Source: a virus (Duplodnaviria; Caudoviricetes). From it: a stretch of 64,000 nt of DNA. The position numbers and the translations under genes were made by a program. The notes beneath the pieces were generated by a model, which was given only the letters and a program-made list of their open reading frames with translations, searched no databases and was not told the origin of the DNA. The DNA lies in IMG/VR virus record IMGVR_UViG_3300050587_000146, positions 390 through 64,389 of that record. One strand, 5' to 3'. This document shows positions 56,989 through 64,000 of this stretch, piece after piece (position 1 is the stretch's first letter; each line of letters begins with the position of its first letter).

Positions 56989-58488
56989 GTGACATCAATG
57001 GGTTACTGTACTGACATTAACGGGATACAAATGCATGATTCCTTTGTGAAAGAGCTTATTCTCGGCGATAACCTCGAAGTCGCGCATTATACGGTGAGTC
57101 GGTTCATTACAAAGCGTGACCTACAAGTGTTGCACAAGAAAATCATTCACAACGTATGTACGAACAAAAACTCAATGGACTTGGCTCCGCGTGGATTCGG
57201 TAAATCGACGGCTGGCGACGTTGACCACTGTATTACTTTGATTCTCCGTAATGCAAATATTCGTATCATGATTGGTTCCAAGACCCAGACACAGGCCGAG
57301 GCGTTCTTGAAAGAAATTCGCGCTCACTTTGAGATGAATGAGGACTTAATTCGTATCTTCGGCGACTTGAAAGGAACTCCCTGGAACGATACCGAGTTCA
57401 CGGTCGGGACGCGGACAATCATCAAAAAAGAGGCGACGGTCACGGCACTCGGCGCGTCAGGCGCGGTTGTATCAAAGCATTTTGATGTAATCATGGCTGA
57501 CGACTTGGTCGGGTTCGAAAATGCTCGTACCCAGTTGCAACGCGAGAAACTCAAAGAATGGTTCTTCAGCTCGCTGTATCCGACGCTTGAGCCGGACGGC
57601 GCAATTCACGTTCTCGGTACGCGGTATCATCCTCTGGACTTGTATCAGGGCATGATTGATTCTGGCACTTATGTGATTCAGATTCAAAAGGCTCTGAATA
57701 AGGCGGGCAAATCGCTCTGGGAAACCAAATTCACAACAAAGAAACTCATGCAAATCAAACGCGACACGCCTATTACAATCTGGAACATGCAATATCAGAA
57801 TGATGTCGAGTTGGCAAAAGGTACTATTTTCAAAGCGTCTTACTTCCGGTATTACCAAGGATACGAAATCAACGAGGTCGGCGATGTCCTGGTTCGGGTC
57901 AAGAACGAAGAGACTGGCATGGAATCAACGGTTCCGGTTCATGTGTTCTTTGGGGCTGACTTAGCAATCAAGGAGAAAGAGTTGAGCGACTATTTCGTAT
58001 TGATGGCAATCGGAGTCAGTCAGGACAACGACATATTTGTTCTGAAGTATATCAAAGAACGGTTATCATTCGATTCACAACAGGACGCAATCTGCAATAT
58101 GGCAACATTGTTCCCGTTTGTTGGTCGTATCGGGATTGAAACGGTCGGCTATCAGTACGCACTTTACCAAATGCTCGAAAAGAACTCGACGTTGCCAGTA
58201 TCCGAAATTAACACGTCAAAAGACAAGGTGGTTCGGGCGCAACGAAGGTCGGTTTTATTCGAGAACGGTAAGGTGCATTTCTTATCTGATATGCAAGACC
58301 TGGAGGAAAACCTCCTCCTGTTCCCTGATGACGAGCATGATGACCTATTTGATGGTTTGGATTTTGCAATAACGGCAAGTGAAGAGAGTCACGCAAATGT
58401 CCTCGATTACATGGCTCAAGAGTACGCAAAGGCTCAAGCTGATGAATTTCGGCAAGCAGAGGCGGCTCGGAAAGCTCACTTAAATTAA
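56989..58488 (+). CDS. Terminase large subunit
   Basis: APRGFGKST Walker A, IMADDLV Walker B, GTRYHPLDLY, nuclease GADLA...EHDDLFDG. Confidence 0.93.
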   Translation: MTSMGYCTDINGIQMHDSFVKELILGDNLEVAHYTVSRFITKRDLQVLHKKIIHNVCTNKNSMDLAPRGFGKSTAGDVDHCITLILRNANIRIMIGSKTQTQAEAFLKEIRAHFEMNEDLIRIFGDLKGTPWNDTEFTVGTRTIIKKEATVTALGASGAVVSKHFDVIMADDLVGFENARTQLQREKLKEWFFSSLYPTLEPDGAIHVLGTRYHPLDLYQGMIDSGTYVIQIQKALNKAGKSLWETKFTTKKLMQIKRDTPITIWNMQYQNDVELAKGTIFKASYFRYYQGYEINEVGDVLVRVKNEETGMESTVPVHVFFGADLAIKEKELSDYFVLMAIGVSQDNDIFVLKYIKERLSFDSQQDAICNMATLFPFVGRIGIETVGYQYALYQMLEKNSTLPVSEINTSKDKVVRAQRRSVLFENGKVHFLSDMQDLEENLLLFPDDEHDDLFDGLDFAITASEESHANVLDYMAQEYAKAQADEFRQAEAARKAHLN

Positions 58489-58503
58489 AAGGAGGCAAGT
58501 ACG

Positions 58504-60318
58504 ATGGCTGAAAAACGTACAAGTATCGCTAATTTAGCGGAAATGTTCACGAATTTTTATTTCAAACAAAAGGATTCTTATGACGCTCCGGCGAGTTCGA
58601 GCAGCGGGGTTCACAACGCTGGTCAACCACTCGTTCCGCGTGAGCAAGGCATTGATGTCTCTCCGTTTCAGTATCAGTTTCAAACTGGGGTCAACTTAAT
58701 CACTGCGCCGCGAGGCGAGCAGACTGAATTGACTCCTTTTCAAACACTCCGAAAGCTTGCCGACAACTGTGACTTGGTTCGGCTGGCGATTGAGATGAGG
58801 AAAGAACAATTGTCTGGTATGGAGTGGGATATTGTTTCCGCTGAAAAGGATGACAAAAACGACTATTCTACGGACATTGCAAAAGTAAAAGCATTCTTTA
58901 ATAAACCGGACGGTGTCAATAATTTTTACGACTGGCTCGGCATGATTCTGGAAGAGGTGCTGGTCACTGACTCGTTGTCACTTTATAAGCGTAAAAACCG
59001 AGGTGGTGGGTTCTTTGGGCTTGAGGTTATTGATGGTACAACTATCAAACCGTTACGGGATGCATGGGGTCGTACCCCGTTGCCTCCGTTAGCCGCGTAT
59101 CAACAAATCATTTATGGGTATCCGCAAAGCGAATACACGATTGAAGAGCTGTTATACAAACCTAAAAACAGGAGGGTATGGACTCCTTACGGGTTTTCTC
59201 CAGTGGAGTACATTATCATGACGATTAATATCGCGTTACGAAAGCAACAGTTTACTCTTGGGTTCTATACCGAGGGCAACTTGCCTGACGGCGGTATGTT
59301 CGGCGTTCCTGAACAATGGACTCCTGCTCAAATCAAACAGTTTCAGGAGTGGTGGGACGCAATGATGGCGGGGAATTTCAAAAACCGTCAGAGAATGCGG
59401 TTTGTTCCCGGTAAAGGCGGTTACATTCCGACCAAATCATTCGAATTTCAACAGGAATTTGAAGAATGGATGGCGCGGGTTGTTTGTACTGCGTTCCAAA
59501 TCAATTCACAACCGTTCTTAAAATTCACGAACAGGGCGACGGCTCAAGTTCAGGATGACCAACAGACTGACCTCGGGTTGAATCCCTTATGCATTTATCT
59601 CGGCAGTATTCTGACAGAGGTCGTACAGGCCAAAGATGGCTTGAATATGCCTCACTTGAAATTCAAGTGGATGACTGAAAAGAAAGCTGACGAGCAAGTT
59701 ATCATTGACAGAAACGTCAAGTACGTTCAGGCCGGTATTCTCGGTATCGATGAAGTACGGATAGAACTCGGTCGTGACCCACTTATCAGCGGCGGCGTTC
59801 CTCCGTATCTACTCGTTGGAGGTCAGCCTATGTTTTTGACTCCCGAAATAATTCAAAAAATGCTCGCCGAGGAGAACTTCCAGACTCCGACTGAAAAGCA
59901 AGAAACGGCGATGCAAATCGCTCAATCCGGCGTAATGGAGTCTAAAGGCGGCAAAGACAGCACTTTCAAGCCGAAGATGGGGGCGGTGGGCAATGACGCG
60001 ATTGATGAGGAGGAGGATACTCCTACAAAGGCCAAGGCTGGTAATCGTACTAAGAAAGCACCGACCGACGCTGAAAAAGCGGTTATCGCGGAACTCAAAC
60101 GCTGGGAAAAGTTCGCTGTAAATCGGCTTGGCAAGGTCGGGCGTGACTTCGAAACTGAATTGATTCCCGAGCTACTGGTTAAGAGAATCAAACAAGACCT
60201 CGCCGATGCTCGTACTGCGGACGAAGTAAGGATGGTTTTCAAGAGCGGGACGAACAAAATGCTCCGTGAAAACTGGCTCAAGGTTCAGGAGGACGCGGCT
60301 GAACTAAAAAAAGATTAG
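58504..60318 (+). CDS. Portal protein with C-terminal extension
   Basis: Follows TerL; GFSPVEYI, FYTEGNLP, VARVVCTAF-like and GILGIDEVRIELGRDP motifs. Confidence 0.88.
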   Translation: MAEKRTSIANLAEMFTNFYFKQKDSYDAPASSSSGVHNAGQPLVPREQGIDVSPFQYQFQTGVNLITAPRGEQTELTPFQTLRKLADNCDLVRLAIEMRKEQLSGMEWDIVSAEKDDKNDYSTDIAKVKAFFNKPDGVNNFYDWLGMILEEVLVTDSLSLYKRKNRGGGFFGLEVIDGTTIKPLRDAWGRTPLPPLAAYQQIIYGYPQSEYTIEELLYKPKNRRVWTPYGFSPVEYIIMTINIALRKQQFTLGFYTEGNLPDGGMFGVPEQWTPAQIKQFQEWWDAMMAGNFKNRQRMRFVPGKGGYIPTKSFEFQQEFEEWMARVVCTAFQINSQPFLKFTNRATAQVQDDQQTDLGLNPLCIYLGSILTEVVQAKDGLNMPHLKFKWMTEKKADEQVIIDRNVKYVQAGILGIDEVRIELGRDPLISGGVPPYLLVGGQPMFLTPEIIQKMLAEENFQTPTEKQETAMQIAQSGVMESKGGKDSTFKPKMGAVGNDAIDEEEDTPTKAKAGNRTKKAPTDAEKAVIAELKRWEKFAVNRLGKVGRDFETELIPELLVKRIKQDLADARTADEVRMVFKSGTNKMLRENWLKVQEDAAELKKD

Positions 60319-60355
60319 CCAAAGAGTTCGAGAAAGTGGGTCAGGACTTTTTGGC
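60306..60355 (+). other. Putative -1 programmed frameshift signal (portal to MuF)
   Basis: A-AAA-AAA (60306-60312), 5-nt spacer, 12-bp stem 60318-60329 / 60344-60355; the -1 frame is open into MuF. Confidence 0.6.
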
Positions 60356-60962
60356 ATGGTGGGAGAGGTTTGAGCAAGACCCACAAGCCGCACTCGACGA
60401 GCTTGATAAATATCACTTTGTCGGGGCGACATTCAACAATACGATGGCTCAATTCGTTGCAACTGTTTACGAGATGGGCTGGGAGGACGGATCAAAAACG
60501 CTGTCTTTTTTATTGAATGAGCAAGGACAGGTCGAAATTGAGTTCTCCAGTGTCAAGGCTTACCGCTGGGCGCAAGACTGGGCGGCAAAGATGGTGAAGC
60601 AGATTAATGAGTCCACTCGGGACATGCTCCGCGAGACTATCCAGTCCTCGGTTAATAACGAAGAGCCGTGGCAGGTTCTCAAGCAGAAGCTCATGGATGG
60701 TCATTACGCATTTTCAGAACGGCGCTGTGAGACAATCGCTCGGACAGAGAGCGGCATGGCCTATAATATCGGGGCGGTTGACTGTTGGAAAGAAAGCGAA
60801 CTGGTTGATTCTGTTCTCGTAATCGACGGTGATTATGACCCCGAATGCGAAGCCGTCAACGGTCAAACCTGGACGTTCGACGAGGCAATATTTAATCCGC
60901 TTGAACATCCAAACTGTGTGCGTGAGTTCTTCCCAAATCTGAAAGGAGTGGGTTCAAAATGA
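60336..60962 (+). CDS. Phage head morphogenesis protein (MuF / SPP1 gp7)
   Basis: RCETIARTESGMAYN, LEHPNCVR; lacks a clear RBS. Confidence 0.85.
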   Translation: MGQDFLAWWERFEQDPQAALDELDKYHFVGATFNNTMAQFVATVYEMGWEDGSKTLSFLLNEQGQVEIEFSSVKAYRWAQDWAAKMVKQINESTRDMLRETIQSSVNNEEPWQVLKQKLMDGHYAFSERRCETIARTESGMAYNIGAVDCWKESELVDSVLVIDGDYDPECEAVNGQTWTFDEAIFNPLEHPNCVREFFPNLKGVGSK

Positions 60963-61906
60963 AGAAAGTTGAAGTAATCAGGGAGGGTAAAGATATTCAG
61001 GACGCGGTTGAGCTTGTGAAAGTGGCAAAGCCTGAAAACCTCCTCGAAAAGTATAATCCGTATCACGACCAAAAAGGTCGGTTTTCACAAGGCGGCGGGG
61101 CACATACGGTCGTCCCGCAAGGCGGTGTCGGGAGGTTCTCTACTGCTCTGGCATTACAGGCTCATGGTCATGCAAATGCTGGATACCAAACTCCGTTTGA
61201 CACTCAAGAAGTGGTTCGGGAGCGGGTTGAATTACAGGGCATGTTAGCGACGCACCAGTCAACTCATGAAATCAATACTCCTCAACGAGACGCGTTACGG
61301 CAAAAAGCGGAGGATAAACTATACGAATTATCTGGTCAAGAAAAATATTCGGGCGGGCAAGTCCTCCAGAACAAGCAAGCGTTCATTGTAATTGGCCCTC
61401 CTGCGGCTGGCAAATCCTCGTCAATGGCAGAGCCGCTTTCTCGCCAGCATAACGCGAGATTGATTGATTCTGATGACGCGAAAAAATTACTCCCTGAATA
61501 TAAGGGCGGCAAGGGCGCGGGGGTAGTTCATGAAGAATCTTCAATAATTGCTCACAAAGTACGTGACCGAGCAATCAATAACGGCGACAACATCGTTCTC
61601 CCGATTGTTGGTAAAACAGAGGGAAGTATCACGGGGATTCGTGACAGCCTGAAGTCAAAGGGGTATGATGTTCACTTGGTTCTGGTCGATGTCAATAAAC
61701 AAGAGGCCACAAAACGAGCAATTGATAGATGGAAACATACTGGTCGATTCGTTGACCCGAATTATGTGTATAATGGAGTGGGTGACAGACCGTCAAAGAA
61801 CTATGACAAATTAAAATATCAATTTACGTCATACTCCAAGTATAACAACAACGTGCCAAAAGGCACAAACCCGATTCTGGTTGACTCCGGTACTGGAAAA
61901 TTGTAA
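60959..61906 (+). CDS. Zeta-toxin-family P-loop kinase with N-terminal NPYHDxxGRF motif
   Basis: GPPAAGKS, IDSDDAKKLLPEY, VHEESS, GYDVHLVLVDV, GRFVD. Confidence 0.75.
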   Translation: MKKVEVIREGKDIQDAVELVKVAKPENLLEKYNPYHDQKGRFSQGGGAHTVVPQGGVGRFSTALALQAHGHANAGYQTPFDTQEVVRERVELQGMLATHQSTHEINTPQRDALRQKAEDKLYELSGQEKYSGGQVLQNKQAFIVIGPPAAGKSSSMAEPLSRQHNARLIDSDDAKKLLPEYKGGKGAGVVHEESSIIAHKVRDRAINNGDNIVLPIVGKTEGSITGIRDSLKSKGYDVHLVLVDVNKQEATKRAIDRWKHTGRFVDPNYVYNGVGDRPSKNYDKLKYQFTSYSKYNNNVPKGTNPILVDSGTGKL

Positions 61907-61912
61907 CAAAAT

Positions 61913-61945
61913 TTGACTCCTTACTGAATATTATGATATAATATA
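61913..61945 (+). promoter_or_regulatory. SigmaA-like promoter with operator variant
   Basis: TTGACT-18 bp-TATAAT with TG extension; AATATTA-TGATA-TAATATA. Confidence 0.65.
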
Positions 61946-61996
61946 GGTGAGGAGAGCAACAAAATTGGTAAGGGAGTAAAATAAGGGGTGAGGAAA

Positions 61997-62173
61997 ATGT
62001 CATTCGATATTCTGGACGATTTAACTCCCGAAGAACGGGAGGAATTGGGGCATACTTTGGGTGTTGACCCAATTTTGTTACAATCCAAGATTCCGACTGG
62101 GCGTGAGCTTGACTGGTGGAATACATCGGATGCTCGGGACGAGGCTCGGCTCATTCTTAGCTTAAAAAAGTAA
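61997..62173 (+). CDS. Small acidic protein, candidate antitoxin/immunity protein
   Basis: 58 aa, GGGGTGAGG RBS, own promoter, directly downstream of the zeta-like gene. Confidence 0.55.
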   Translation: MSFDILDDLTPEEREELGHTLGVDPILLQSKIPTGRELDWWNTSDARDEARLILSLKK

Positions 62174-62187
62174 AAGACTTAAAATCA

Positions 62188-62222
62188 AATCCCGTCCATT
62201 ACTGGGCGGGGTTTCTTTTTTC
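62188..62222 (+). terminator. Intrinsic terminator
   Basis: AAATCCCGTCC-ATTACT-GGGCGGGGTTT hairpin plus T run. Confidence 0.75.
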
Positions 62223-62461
62223 TTCTGTATCCAATTTGAGCATTTTATCAAGAGCATATTTATTTAGAATTGATTGAGCCTCTTCTGACGGCTCATTTTG
62301 TAAGTTTACAATGTATCTTGTTTTATTCTTCATTGTTTTATTCCTTTCATGCAAGATAAACATTGTATAATGCACACAGCTCAATCCTTGAGTTCAATTT
62401 GAAAAAATTTATCGGTGATGTTATACTTATTTAATAACATGCCAACTTGGAGGGAAACGTT

Positions 62462-64000
62462 ATGGAACTCATGGTCAGAATCCGTCATGTCGCGATTTAT
62501 TTGAGGAAATCTCGGGATGATGGTGAGTACGAGGACGCACTTGCTAAACATCGGGAAACTCTTGTAAATTACGCCAATAAAAATAATTGGACGTATGAAA
62601 TTTATGAGGAGATTGCCTCGGGGGAAAAGATAGAATTTAGGCCGAAGATGCAGGAGTTACTGAAACATATCGCCAGCGGGTTATATGACGGGGTTCTGGT
62701 AGTTGATATTGACAGACTCGGGCGTGGTGATTTCGAGGAATGGGGCAGAATTATTAAAGTATTTTTACTCTCTGATACTCTTATCATTACTCCTCAAAGG
62801 GTTTATGACCCGTCAGAGGAATCTGATGAAATCTCCCTGGACTTACAGTCGTTCTTTGCCAAATTTGAGTATAAAAAGATTAAAAAACGTCTGTACGGCG
62901 GCAAGGTATCCGGGGCAAAAAAGGGCATGTGGACGAATGGAAAACCTCCGTTTCCCTATAAATATCTCCGAGATACAAAAGAGGTTATCGTCGATGAAAG
63001 TAAACGTCCGGTTTATATACTGATTAAAGAAATGTTTCTGGAAAAGGATATGGGACTTGTCCCGATTGCTCGCTGGCTTAACCAAAATCGAATTAAACTA
63101 CCGTCAGGTAAAACTCCCGTCGAAGATGGTCGTTCTTGCGGGTGGGAAAGTACAACAGTTCACAGATTATTAATTCATCCGTTCCATATGGGTTATGTAG
63201 TCTTGGGAAAAAGTAAAGGTAGCGGGCATAAAAAGAAAGGCGGTAAAGTAATTAAACAACCAAAAGAATCCTGGACGGTCGGAAAGGGTAATCATGAAAT
63301 ATTAAAAACAGAGGAAGAACATCAAAGGATACTGGCAAAATTAGCCGAAAATAATAAAATGCCGTCTCGTACTAAACAAGCTGTCAATCCTGTTTCCGGC
63401 TTACTTTATTGCAAAAAGTGCGGTTGTAAAATGCAGTTCCGGCAAAAAACTCTCAAAGATGGTAAGAGACATTTTTATACAGTTTGCGTTCATGAGTATC
63501 CTGACGGGACTCAATGTGAACAGGTTGGCACTAAGCTCGATGATGACTTTTTCGAGGCTTTATATGTCAAAATCATCAAGTTAAATACCAAAAAGATGTT
63601 ATCAGAGCGTGATAAAAGTGACGCTCAAAATAAACTTCGAGCGTTACTTGAGACTGCAAAGTACGACCTGGACAGGACAAATAAGGCTTTAAAAAATTTA
63701 TACGAAGCGTTTGAAATGGGGGATATTCCAAGGGTAGATTTTGTGGAAAGACGGGCAATTCGTGACAAGGAGAAAAATGAACTTGCCGCTAAAATTGCAG
63801 AGTTAGAGGTACAAATCGCCGTTACTTCAACGGGCATTACCGAAGAGCAACTTCTCCAATTAATTCAAAAATTCAAAGACAGTTGGTGGTCGCTTGAAAC
63901 GAATCAAGAGAAAAATCAACTTCTTCTTCAAATAGTTGATAAAATTATTTACAATAAATGGATAGACGGGACTGTTGCCTTAGATGTCATTTTTAAGTAA
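62462..64000 (+). CDS. Large serine recombinase (integrase)
   Basis: IYLRKS catalytic Ser, DIDRLGRG, recombinase domain, Zn ribbon LLYCKKCG, coiled coil; stop TAA at 63998-64000. Confidence 0.93.
   Translation: MELMVRIRHVAIYLRKSRDDGEYEDALAKHRETLVNYANKNNWTYEIYEEIASGEKIEFRPKMQELLKHIASGLYDGVLVVDIDRLGRGDFEEWGRIIKVFLLSDTLIITPQRVYDPSEESDEISLDLQSFFAKFEYKKIKKRLYGGKVSGAKKGMWTNGKPPFPYKYLRDTKEVIVDESKRPVYILIKEMFLEKDMGLVPIARWLNQNRIKLPSGKTPVEDGRSCGWESTTVHRLLIHPFHMGYVVLGKSKGSGHKKKGGKVIKQPKESWTVGKGNHEILKTEEEHQRILAKLAENNKMPSRTKQAVNPVSGLLYCKKCGCKMQFRQKTLKDGKRHFYTVCVHEYPDGTQCEQVGTKLDDDFFEALYVKIIKLNTKKMLSERDKSDAQNKLRALLETAKYDLDRTNKALKNLYEAFEMGDIPRVDFVERRAIRDKEKNELAAKIAELEVQIAVTSTGITEEQLLQLIQKFKDSWWSLETNQEKNQLLLQIVDKIIYNKWIDGTVALDVIFK

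Noticed and set aside
25055-58488. Inteins or introns in DnaB, PolA, NrdD or TerL
   Set aside because: Protein lengths are normal and no splice-junction or homing endonuclease motifs were seen
1-64000. Minus-strand and alternative-frame ORFs in the track (e.g. 1773-2429, 9084-9488, 56295-56801)
   Set aside because: They are shadows of well-supported + strand genes, without RBS, promoter or recognisable motifs
1-64000. TGA-to-Trp recoding suggested by the MTase stop
   Set aside because: Many genes end in TGA at sensible points or overlap the next start (3843, 11619, 36866, 56885, 60962), and TGG is used for Trp
1-64000. tRNA or rRNA genes
   Set aside because: No cloverleaf with T-loop GTTCRA in an intergenic context was recognised by eye; tRNAscan-SE would be decisive

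Overview
The window is almost the whole genome of a temperate long-tailed dsDNA phage or prophage. Every credible gene lies on the + strand. Order: 5'-truncated prohead protease/scaffold, major capsid, neck, tail tube, chaperones with a -1 frameshift, tape measure, a GTA/lambda-type tail tip (DUF2460, DUF2163, NlpC/P60, gpJ-like), two LamG receptor-binding proteins, lysis (two holin-like genes, M15 endolysin, spanin candidate), amidoligase, MerR-like regulator, replication and recombination genes (initiator, DnaC, DnaB, ThyX, primase, sigma factor, SSB, PolA, Cas4-like, RecU-like, RecA), NrdG/NrdD/redoxin, dUTPase, PhoH, ParM/ParR, accessory cassettes, TerS, GH73 hydrolase, interrupted adenine MTase, Tad2-like DUF2829, ParB-N plus glycosyltransferase, TerL, portal, MuF, zeta-like kinase with a small partner gene, and a large serine recombinase ending at 64000. 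Firmicutes-type signals (CGAAC-N4-GTTCG boxes, sigmaA-like promoters) together with a diderm-type tail tip and lysis module and a class III-only RNR suggest an anaerobic diderm Firmicute host such as Negativicutes (inference). Main observations read from the sequence: (1) a canonical -1 frameshift signal joining portal to MuF; (2) no CI repressor, but LexA-type boxes in a promoter upstream of the phage sigma gene; (3) about 11 copies of an AATATTA-N5-TAATATT operator; (4) about 13 copies of an ACTCAAG-N17-TATATARTG phage promoter; (5) 11-bp-period parC-like repeats at both parMR and the capsid gene; (6) the integrase sitting within the head gene module. Family assignments come from motif recognition, not from database searches.
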